DNA from: Candidatus Rifleibacteriota bacterium
Lineage (GTDB): Bacteria > Muiribacteriota > Ozemobacteria > Ozemobacterales > Ozemobacteraceae
Length of the DNA: 64,000 nucleotides
Direction of reading: 5' to 3'
NCBI GenBank assembly: GCA_012520995.1
Contig: JAAYNI010000046.1
Coordinates: 42,650 to 106,649, forward strand
The notes below the pieces were generated by a model. The model worked only from the letters and a program-made list of their open reading frames with translations. It searched no databases and had not been told where the DNA came from. This document shows, one piece after another, positions 38,632-46,916 of the stretch (position 1 is its first letter; each line of letters starts with the position of its first letter). Position numbers and translations under genes: made by a program.

Positions 38632-39867
38632 ATGTACACATTTTCCATAAAAACTCTTGGCTGCAAAGTGAGTCAATGCGACGCTGACAACTTGGCAAAA
38701 CACCTTACTGATTTGGGCTTGCAAATGTCAGAAAACTCTCCTGAACTTTGCATAGTCCACGGCTGCTCTGTAACTGGGCGAGCTTCCCAAAAAACAGCGC
38801 AAACTATCAGATCCTTGAAAAAACGTTTTCCCTCCAGCACAGTAATTCTTTCTGGATGTGAAGCTTTGCTTGCCGAAAAATCAGGCAAGAGTTTACAGAA
38901 TGCCGATTATATTTTAACAGAAACAACAAAAGAAGCTGTCAAAAAAATGCTGGATGTATTCGGAATAGAAGCAACGCAGAATAATACTGCTCACTATCAT
39001 AACGGCCATACAAGAGCTTTTTTAAAAATTCAAGACGGCTGCTCACAGTTCTGTTCCTATTGCATAGTTTGCAGAATTAGAGGCAAAGAACGTTCAAAAG
39101 CTATATCCGAAGTTTACAATGAAGCTCAGGAATTAGTTAAGCAAGGTTTTAAAGAAATAGTATTAACAGGAATTCACTTAGGACACTATGAGCCCTCGCT
39201 TCCAGAACTTTTAAGAAAACTGGAAAAAATAGAAGGTATTGCAAGGATAAGGCTAGGTTCAGTTGAATCTCTGGAAACCACTGATGAGCTTATAGAACTG
39301 GCACAAAGCTCAAAAAAGATCTGCCACCACTTCCATATGCCACTGCAATCTGGCTGTGACCGTATTCTCAAAGCAATGAATCGCCCATACAAAGCCGTTG
39401 ACTATCTTGATACGGTCAACAAAATAAGAAACACAATGCCGAACGCTTCTATAGGAACAGACCTTATAACAGGCTTTCCAGGCGAAACAGATGAAGAACA
39501 TCAAGAAACCTTGGCTTTCTTGGAAAAAATAGGGTTCGCAAGAATTCATATTTTCAGATATTCCAAAAGATCAGGAACTCCAGCAGCTGAAATGCCAGAC
39601 CAGGTTCCAGAAGATATTAAAATCAGACGTTCAGGCGAAATAGAAAAATTACGCGACAAGCTTGTATTAGAAGCCTATAAGGGCTATGAAAACAAACAGC
39701 TCAGAGTAATCTGGGAAACACTTGAAGATGGCTACTATTGTGGTCTCTCTGACGAATATATTCCCTGCAAGGTTTTAGCTCCTCAAAAGAACTTAAGCGG
39801 TTCAATAACTCTTGTTAAAGCTTTACAAGCTGAGCCAGATGGACTTATTGTCGAATTACAGTCTTAA
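38632..39867 (+). CDS. MiaB-family radical-SAM methylthiotransferase (MtaB/RimO-like)
   Basis: N-terminal MTTase domain (IKTLGCKVSQCDAD...), radical-SAM CSQFCSYC and a C-terminal TRAM-like domain. 411 aa. Confidence 0.75.
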   Translation: MYTFSIKTLGCKVSQCDADNLAKHLTDLGLQMSENSPELCIVHGCSVTGRASQKTAQTIRSLKKRFPSSTVILSGCEALLAEKSGKSLQNADYILTETTKEAVKKMLDVFGIEATQNNTAHYHNGHTRAFLKIQDGCSQFCSYCIVCRIRGKERSKAISEVYNEAQELVKQGFKEIVLTGIHLGHYEPSLPELLRKLEKIEGIARIRLGSVESLETTDELIELAQSSKKICHHFHMPLQSGCDRILKAMNRPYKAVDYLDTVNKIRNTMPNASIGTDLITGFPGETDEEHQETLAFLEKIGFARIHIFRYSKRSGTPAAEMPDQVPEDIKIRRSGEIEKLRDKLVLEAYKGYENKQLRVIWETLEDGYYCGLSDEYIPCKVLAPQKNLSGSITLVKALQAEPDGLIVELQS

Positions 39868-39934
39868 AGCAGCGAATATTTTCAGAAGAAATTTTATGTT
39901 TTTATGTGGCTTTTCAGAAGTTTGTTAGGTATTA

Positions 39935-40330
39935 TTGTTGAAACAAGGCGATTGGATACTATCTATGAAAGATTTCATGTGGAAATGGCTGTTTCAATTC
40001 TCTTCGGTTTTTTGCGTTCTTTTAGCAGCCAGTTTAGTTTTAGCTTACACACTTTATAACACAGCCCCATCCAACGCCTATACCCCTGTTTTTGCTTCCG
40101 CATTCGGTTTTGCTTTGGGCTTTATAGGCCTCGGCGCATTTATTATTAATTGCTTTGATAAACTTCAACATGCAGAACCTATTTTTGAAGAAACTAAACA
40201 CGAAATAATGAACAGGGTTATAAGAGAAATGCCATTTTTCTTTTTTGCCCTCCTCTACTTTTTTTCCTTAGCACTCTACATGGGTCTTTTCATACTTTTC
40301 TTAACCTACATCAGAAACACATTTATATGA
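39935..40330 (+). CDS. Small integral membrane protein (hypothetical)
   Basis: Three hydrophobic helices. Confidence 0.4.
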   Translation: MLKQGDWILSMKDFMWKWLFQFSSVFCVLLAASLVLAYTLYNTAPSNAYTPVFASAFGFALGFIGLGAFIINCFDKLQHAEPIFEETKHEIMNRVIREMPFFFFALLYFFSLALYMGLFILFLTYIRNTFI

Positions 40331-41514
40331 AAAAACGCGACAACTTTATCATTGCTTTTATCAAGAACTTGACTAAAACACTTAAAGGATTCGACATATA
40401 TCAATTGTCTGCTATTCCTCTTCTAATGCTTGTTTTATTTCTTCTATTGGATTTCCAAAACAACACAATTAAAATCGGAGTAATTTTTCCCTTCACAGGT
40501 GAACATTCTGAACGTTCGAAACAGGCTTTAAACGGATTGATACTAGCAAGAGATAATATTAACGAAGCTGGAGGCATTCAGGGAAAAACCATTGAACTGC
40601 TAATCAAGGACACTGAAAATAATCTTGAAAAAACGGCTCAAACTGCAAGAGACCTGATATATAAAAACCATGTCACAGCTATCATAGGCGGTTTTTTGCC
40701 CAAAGATGCAAGAATTATTCAATTACTTGCGGAGCGTTCAAAAACTCCTTTTTTAACTCCAATTTGCACTCATTTCGATATTGCGAAAAGTTCGCAGTAC
40801 ACATTCAGAACTATAAGTGACGACATAGCACAATTTGAAGCCCTTGTTAATTACACTAACGATATCCTCAAAGCTAAAAGTTTTATAATAATTTATGACA
40901 ACGAACTATACGGATATGAGAGTGCAAAACGCTATATTGACTTGGCACAAAAAGCAGGGCAAAGTCTGTCGGTCACTCTTCCTGTATCTAATAAGGAACT
41001 CAACTTCAAAGAAACTTTGGATGTGTTGAAGGTTTATAACCCTGATTACACTCTGATACTAGCTCCCGAAAAAACTTCAGCTCTTCTCGTCCTCCAACTG
41101 CGTGAAATAAAGTACGAAAACACTATCTTAGGAGCCAACCGTATGAGCTCCCAATCCTTTATAAGGCTCGCAGGAATGGACTCCGAGTCAGTAGTAGTGA
41201 CCTTGCCATTCAACCCACGCTCCGGCGGACAAAGAGCCGACTATTTTCTCTCAGCCTACAATGAAAAGTTTGAAAAAATCGCAAATGCTGACGCAGCTAT
41301 ATCTTATGAAGCAATGATGATTTTAGCTATTGCACTCAGACAAGAAACAGCAGACAGAAAAATCATCAGAGAGATACTGGGCTCTCTGCACGGATGGGAC
41401 AGCATAATAGGCGCAGGCGGCTTTGACAAATACGGCAACCAAGTGCGCCCATCGGAAATTGCCATAATAAAAGGCAAGCAAGCTGTACCGCTCACAATGG
41501 AGGAAATGTTCTGA
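40327..41514 (+). CDS. ABC-type periplasmic substrate-binding protein, branched-chain amino-acid (LivK/Peripla_BP_6) family, orphan
   Basis: TM anchor followed by IKIGVIFPFTGEHSERSKQALNGLILARDNINEAGGIQGKTIELLIKDTEN...AIIGGF. No permease or ATPase genes are adjacent. Confidence 0.7.
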   Translation: MKKRDNFIIAFIKNLTKTLKGFDIYQLSAIPLLMLVLFLLLDFQNNTIKIGVIFPFTGEHSERSKQALNGLILARDNINEAGGIQGKTIELLIKDTENNLEKTAQTARDLIYKNHVTAIIGGFLPKDARIIQLLAERSKTPFLTPICTHFDIAKSSQYTFRTISDDIAQFEALVNYTNDILKAKSFIIIYDNELYGYESAKRYIDLAQKAGQSLSVTLPVSNKELNFKETLDVLKVYNPDYTLILAPEKTSALLVLQLREIKYENTILGANRMSSQSFIRLAGMDSESVVVTLPFNPRSGGQRADYFLSAYNEKFEKIANADAAISYEAMMILAIALRQETADRKIIREILGSLHGWDSIIGAGGFDKYGNQVRPSEIAIIKGKQAVPLTMEEMF

Positions 41515-41515
41515 T

Positions 41516-42634
41516 ATGACAAACCGCAAACCTTCTTCATCCATACCTGGCTGGATTCATCTGCTATTCATTTTAGCGGTTTTTTTTATTCTCCGACAAG
41601 TTTCAACCACCAGCCGTGAAAAACCTCCTAGAAAAGAAACAGCTTATGTCACAATTGACACTTCCGCTTTGCTAAAAGAAACCACCCAGCTGATTACTCC
41701 AGTCAAAAGTTCATCTGTCATACCGACACCTTTCAGCAACTTGATAACCACTGCTCCTGTCAACGACATTTTAATAGAGCCCGACGGAAGCGTCTGGGCA
41801 GCGACAGAAGAAGGTGCAGCAACATATATAAACGGCCATATAACCGAGTATACTTCAGCAGACGGCACCTTCCCTTTTGAACAGGCAACCTCACTCTTGC
41901 TTTCAAAAGATACTCTGTTTGTCTCAGGATTTTACGGGGTAGCTAAAAGAACTAAAAACAAATTTATCACATCAAATATAGACATATCTCTCATTTGGGA
42001 TTCTCTGCAAGATGGGGCTTCCACTTGGTTTTCCACACAAACTGGTCTTTATTTAGTAACAGAAAAAGACGAAAACCCAGTAAAAATAGACAAAGACTCC
42101 ACAAATAACGGGCTGCGATATAATTGGTGCAGAAACCTTCTCAGAACCGGTTCAAAACTTTTTATTATACAAGACTCTTGCCTCAGTATTTGGGAACTTT
42201 CTCTACCCGCTTCCAACCCTAACTCTTGGAAAAGAATCGAATATTCAGACTTAAACATCAACTCCCCTGTCAACTCTGTCGGCTTTGACGGAACGCATCT
42301 ATGGCTAGCAACAAACAGCGGTCTCTTCCGCATTTTACCTCCATTGAATGAGTTCGGCATGCCAATAAAACATTCCGCTGAACTATTTACCACACTTAAC
42401 AACCTGCCCTCCAACAAAATAAATACTGTTCTTGGACACAAAGGCAATCTCTGGGTAGGCACAGAGCAAGGCTTGGCAGTTGTAACCCAAGGCGGCTCTA
42501 TCAAACAAATAGTGCCAGACAAACCCTATAGACCTTTGCCCATCAGAGCGCTAAGCTTTTATGGCGAGATTCTTTGGATAGGCACGGACAGCGGTTTGCA
42601 GTTTATTAACACAGCTATGTTTCAACTCACATGA
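41516..42634 (+). CDS. Membrane-anchored beta-propeller protein with two-component-regulator-propeller-like repeats
   Basis: Recurring LWLATNSGLFRI, LWVGTEQGLAVV, ILWIGTDSGLQFI blades after an N-terminal TM helix. Confidence 0.55.
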   Translation: MTNRKPSSSIPGWIHLLFILAVFFILRQVSTTSREKPPRKETAYVTIDTSALLKETTQLITPVKSSSVIPTPFSNLITTAPVNDILIEPDGSVWAATEEGAATYINGHITEYTSADGTFPFEQATSLLLSKDTLFVSGFYGVAKRTKNKFITSNIDISLIWDSLQDGASTWFSTQTGLYLVTEKDENPVKIDKDSTNNGLRYNWCRNLLRTGSKLFIIQDSCLSIWELSLPASNPNSWKRIEYSDLNINSPVNSVGFDGTHLWLATNSGLFRILPPLNEFGMPIKHSAELFTTLNNLPSNKINTVLGHKGNLWVGTEQGLAVVTQGGSIKQIVPDKPYRPLPIRALSFYGEILWIGTDSGLQFINTAMFQLT

Positions 42635-44868
42635 CAAAAACTCCTGAAATTCAAATAAACTCTCTAAGAGAACAAATAAGACACCACGAATATCTATATT
42701 ATGTAAAATCGGAACCTGTCATATCTGATCAGGACTTCGATTACATGATGAAAGAACTCGAAAAGCTTGAAAGTGAAAATCCGAATCTAATCACTCCAGA
42801 CTCCCCGACTCAAAGAGTCGGAGAAGACAGCACTTCATTTGAGAAAGAAACACACAGAGTTCCAATGCTCAGCATAGACAACTCCTACAACGAGGCTGAA
42901 ATAGCAAACTGGCTGGAAAGATGTGAGAAAACTTTAGGTAAAAACCCTTTTCCGGTTGTAGCCGAATTAAAAATAGATGGTGTCTCAGGCTCTTTCAAAT
43001 ATCAAGAAGGATTACTGCAAACAGCTGTAACAAGAGGAGACGGTCAAACTGGCGATATTATAACAGAAAATGCCAGAACAATACGCAACCTGCCTCTCAA
43101 AATTGCTTCCGACTTTGACATGGATATAAGAGGCGAAATTTATACGCCTTTATCCACCTTCAATCAATGCAATGAAGAAATTATACAAGAAGCGGACAAA
43201 AAACTTGAAGAAAAAGAAATGGAGCTTTCTCAGATCGAAAAACAATTGCAAAGTTCTCTAACTCTTAGCGGTGCTCCTGATCCGCAACTTCAAGAAAAGC
43301 TTGAAAAATATCAAGAAGCATTTGAAAAGCTTAGTCACCAAAAGCCAAAACTTTTCAAAAACAGCAGAAACTTCACCTCAGGCACAATTAAATCATTAAA
43401 GCCAACGACAGTGAGCAAGCGAGGCCTGAGAGTCATGGTATATGGCATAGCTCAAGCTTTTGAACTTGGTTTTGAAACTCACACTCAGGTGATGAACTTC
43501 CTCCACAAAGAGGGCTTCAACATAAATGTGCGATGGAAAACCTGCTCAACATTTGAAGAAATTACGGCTTTTATAAACAACATAAAAAATGAAAAGGCTG
43601 ATTTCGACTTCGACATAGACGGCATTGTCTTGAAAATAGACAATCTGGCCGCTCAACAAGAACTTGGAACCACAGCTAAATCGCCGAGATGGGCATTAGC
43701 CTACAAATATCCTCAGGAAGCTGTAAAAACAAAAATTATAAACGTCAGATGGCAACCTGGCAGAACCAGACTGACCCCCGTAGCAGATCTCGAGCCTGTT
43801 CAAATTGCTGGTACAACTGTTTCAAAAGCCACTCTTCATAATGCGGATTTTATCAAAGAAAAAGACATAAGGCTCGGTGACGTTGTTTTCCTTGAAAAAG
43901 CCGGCTATATAATTCCGCAAATAATAGAACCAATCGTAGAAGAACGCGACGGAACCGAAAAAATAATTGAGCTGCCTACTATTTGCCCACTTTGTTCTAT
44001 GCCTACTGAAATAACTTCTCAACTTAGAAAAGTCTCTTCTTCAGACAAAAATGAAGATGCAGATCCAGACGAAGAAAATTCAGAGCAAGATTCAGATGAA
44101 AACATACTTCCAAGCATGCGTTCATTCACTCTAGTAACCTGCTCAAACCCTGAATGTTTCGGTTTTCTGCTGAACAGAACTCTAAACTTTGTTAAATGTG
44201 CTGAAATAGAGCATTTCGGCATAAAAAGAGTTGAAGGCGCAATAGAAAGTGGATTAATCAACAAGCTTGAAGACATTTTTACTCTGAATGAAACAGATTT
44301 AGCTGCCGTTGACTCTATCAAAGAAAAATCCGCTCAAAAAATAATTGCCAGCATAGCAGAAGCAGCAAAACAGCCTCTTGCCAATATAATTTGTGCCCTT
44401 GGCATACCCAATGTAGGCAAAGTTAGAAGTGCTGAGCTCGCCGATTTGGCAAATAATTCATTAGAAAACTTTTTAAGTTTTACTGAGAAAGATCTTCTTG
44501 AGGAAGAAAAAGAAGAAGCTGTAATAGGAAACAGTGTTCTAGAATTTATCAGAACTCCTTGCAACAAACCCCTGTTTGAGGCAATAGCCAAGTGGTGGAA
44601 AGGCCCGGACAAACAACAAAGTACAGAAGAAAGCAAACTCAAAGGTTTGGAATTTGTTTTTACAGGCTCTGCCACAATGCCTCGCAACAAACTATCAGAA
44701 CTAGCTGTTGCAAACGGCGCAAAAGTGAAATCTTCAACCACCAAACAAACAGACTATTTGGTAATAGGCTCCAATGAACCGCTGGATTATAACTCTTCTA
44801 AAAAGCAAAAAGCCGAAAAGTTCGGAGTGAAAATAATCAATGAATTTGATTTTTTAGCAATGCTCTAA
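42631..44868 (+). CDS. ligA: NAD-dependent DNA ligase
   Basis: Adenylation motif KIDGVSGSF, OB fold, Zn-finger CPLC...CSNPEC, HhH repeats and a C-terminal BRCT domain. At 745 aa it is long because of two insertions. Confidence 0.9.
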   Translation: MTKTPEIQINSLREQIRHHEYLYYVKSEPVISDQDFDYMMKELEKLESENPNLITPDSPTQRVGEDSTSFEKETHRVPMLSIDNSYNEAEIANWLERCEKTLGKNPFPVVAELKIDGVSGSFKYQEGLLQTAVTRGDGQTGDIITENARTIRNLPLKIASDFDMDIRGEIYTPLSTFNQCNEEIIQEADKKLEEKEMELSQIEKQLQSSLTLSGAPDPQLQEKLEKYQEAFEKLSHQKPKLFKNSRNFTSGTIKSLKPTTVSKRGLRVMVYGIAQAFELGFETHTQVMNFLHKEGFNINVRWKTCSTFEEITAFINNIKNEKADFDFDIDGIVLKIDNLAAQQELGTTAKSPRWALAYKYPQEAVKTKIINVRWQPGRTRLTPVADLEPVQIAGTTVSKATLHNADFIKEKDIRLGDVVFLEKAGYIIPQIIEPIVEERDGTEKIIELPTICPLCSMPTEITSQLRKVSSSDKNEDADPDEENSEQDSDENILPSMRSFTLVTCSNPECFGFLLNRTLNFVKCAEIEHFGIKRVEGAIESGLINKLEDIFTLNETDLAAVDSIKEKSAQKIIASIAEAAKQPLANIICALGIPNVGKVRSAELADLANNSLENFLSFTEKDLLEEEKEEAVIGNSVLEFIRTPCNKPLFEAIAKWWKGPDKQQSTEESKLKGLEFVFTGSATMPRNKLSELAVANGAKVKSSTTKQTDYLVIGSNEPLDYNSSKKQKAEKFGVKIINEFDFLAML

Positions 44869-44876
44869 AAGACATT

Positions 44877-44935
44877 GGCGAGTGCTGAGTGACGTGCAAG
44901 AAAGTTTTAGACAAAAACAAAGCACTAGAGTTTTT
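44877..44935. repeat. Partial copy D of the agtgct/agcactag element, terminator-like, just after ligA
   Basis: ggcgagtgctgagtgacgtgc ... caaagcactagag followed by TTTTTC. 6-bp inverted arms agtgct/agcact. Confidence 0.4.
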
Positions 44936-45028
44936 CATTGGCATATCTTGCATTTAAAAGGCTTTTCTTGTATGCTGTATTTGTTTGCAAAAGACAATTG
45001 TTAACTGGTTAAACAAAGGATAGACAGA

Positions 45029-45724
45029 ATGAAAAAACTTCTTAGCTTAACAAATCTGACCGCGTTGTTTGTGTCAGCTTGTTTGTTTGTGTCCGTTTTC
45101 GCCATACCTTCCATGCTTTCAGCACAGGAACCCGAGTATTTTTCTCCCGCTTTATTGCAAAACGCCTATCAGTATTATGCTGAACAACGCTTCGAAGAGG
45201 CTCACAACGAAATACAAAACCTTTTCAACAGAATACCTCCCGCAGGATACAATTACGAAAACGACAACCCTGACGAAGATGAACTAATCTCTGCAGAAGA
45301 ACTCAGGCTCTTTGACATATCAGTTTGCATTTCAGCAGCCTATGACAGCTTCTTCAATATGACGCCTGAAGCTCTTTGGATAACCAGAGCTGTTGAAGAA
45401 ACAGCCAAGCTCCAAGATGAAGCAACAACCGAAGAAATCATGGCTCTCCTTGACACAGCTAATGCGGTTTCCATGATTTGCAGCATGTATCAAAATGAAG
45501 ACTATGGCGATGTCCTAGACGCTATTCTTGAAACAGAAAAAGAAGCCGCACCCACGGATCACGAGTTTTTCATGTTTGAAATTAAAGCTCTAATCTCATG
45601 CGGTGAAAAACTGCTCAACCGAGACCTGATCAATCAAGCTCATTCTCTCTACAAGTTTGCCGTTGATGAAATGAAGCTTGAAGATTATAAAATGGCTCGT
45701 CTCAAAAAGATTCTCGGATATTGA
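45029..45724 (+). CDS. Secreted hypothetical protein
   Basis: Signal peptide MKKLLSLTNLTALFVSACLFVSVFAIPSMLSA. Confidence 0.45.
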   Translation: MKKLLSLTNLTALFVSACLFVSVFAIPSMLSAQEPEYFSPALLQNAYQYYAEQRFEEAHNEIQNLFNRIPPAGYNYENDNPDEDELISAEELRLFDISVCISAAYDSFFNMTPEALWITRAVEETAKLQDEATTEEIMALLDTANAVSMICSMYQNEDYGDVLDAILETEKEAAPTDHEFFMFEIKALISCGEKLLNRDLINQAHSLYKFAVDEMKLEDYKMARLKKILGY

Positions 45725-46491
45725 GCCTCAGATATAATCCTCAATCTTACGAGAAACAGCTCTCAAAATCAGGACTTCTCTCTGACAATAGTGCAGAGAC
45801 CCTTTCCGAAGACCTCAACATCAGAGTACAACAGCTGCTCGGAAAACCTGGGTTCAAGATTCCTAACCCTATAAAAAACTTCACAAATCTTGAACCTCAG
45901 GTTTTTAAAGAGTACGGCAGCGATGCCGTAAGACTCGCGTTGCTTACAGACCATGATAATCCCGAGAGCCTCTATGACTCCGCATATAACAGGCTCAGCC
46001 ATTGGTTTTCTCTTCTCAATATCGAGCAAAAAGCAGCTGAACAAGAGACAGATCTTGAAACAAGCTTCTTGCTCACCGCCCTCATGAGACTTGAAGAACA
46101 AATACTAGAAAGAAACAAACCCCACGCTGTGATTTCAATGGCTGCGAACTTCTTTAACCGACATAAAACCTTGAGCCTCTCTTACAGAACCAGAAAACTT
46201 CTGGGAACCTTGCTTTATCCTTTTGTGCCTGTTTTCGCAATTTCAGAGCTTCTTGATTCTTCCGCTGTGCCTGTTATTAACGAAATATATGATTTTTTTC
46301 CTGAATATCTCTTCACAGAATATAAAATAGAGAAAAGCTCTTGGCAAAAAATAGCTATAAAAAACGACCCGGCCGCTGGTAAAAGCTTTGAAAAAAGTTT
46401 ACTGGACTTGCCAAGACTTCAACCCTTGAGGAAAAATGGCGAGATATTATTTAAAACTACCCAAAGAGGTATCTTGATATGCCTCGCCTGA
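45721..46491 (+). CDS. Hypothetical protein
   Basis: ORF overlaps its neighbours by 4 nt and 13 nt. No recognisable motif. Confidence 0.4.
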   Translation: MSLRYNPQSYEKQLSKSGLLSDNSAETLSEDLNIRVQQLLGKPGFKIPNPIKNFTNLEPQVFKEYGSDAVRLALLTDHDNPESLYDSAYNRLSHWFSLLNIEQKAAEQETDLETSFLLTALMRLEEQILERNKPHAVISMAANFFNRHKTLSLSYRTRKLLGTLLYPFVPVFAISELLDSSAVPVINEIYDFFPEYLFTEYKIEKSSWQKIAIKNDPAAGKSFEKSLLDLPRLQPLRKNGEILFKTTQRGILICLA

Positions 46492-46916
46492 ATTCACAAA
46501 ACTGCAAGCATTTGCGTATTCTTATTTCCTTAGTATTAGCCTTAGGAGCTTTACATCTTTTTATGAAGCCTCCAGTTACACAAGCAAAAGATATTTTCAA
46601 AGAGAGTCTGCAAAAGCTTGATGTAACAATATACAAACAAGGAAAAAAAATTGCGGTACAATCTGTAACTCAGTCTTACCAAACAGCCTCGCCCGAACTA
46701 ATCACTTTTAATGACGCAACCTATTCGGAATTAACAGCCTGTAAATATATTTCTCCTGCAATAGCCGATCAGATCATAAAAGAACGAAAGAAACGTCCTT
46801 TTGATGATTGGGATGATTTTTCAAAAAGAATCAAAGGCATGGGAAAAGAAAAAATCTCATACTATAAAACAATAGGTCTAAAAATAAACAGAGAGCAAAA
46901 ACTTGAGACCCCCTAA
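46479..46916 (+). CDS. comEA: ComEA-like helix-hairpin-helix DNA-binding protein
   Basis: Signal/TM segment plus C-terminal ...ITFNDATYSELTACKYISPAIADQIIKERKKRPFDDWDDFSKRIKGMGKEKI, which resembles the ComEA HhH domain. It directly precedes comEC. Confidence 0.5.
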   Translation: MPRLNSQNCKHLRILISLVLALGALHLFMKPPVTQAKDIFKESLQKLDVTIYKQGKKIAVQSVTQSYQTASPELITFNDATYSELTACKYISPAIADQIIKERKKRPFDDWDDFSKRIKGMGKEKISYYKTIGLKINREQKLETP

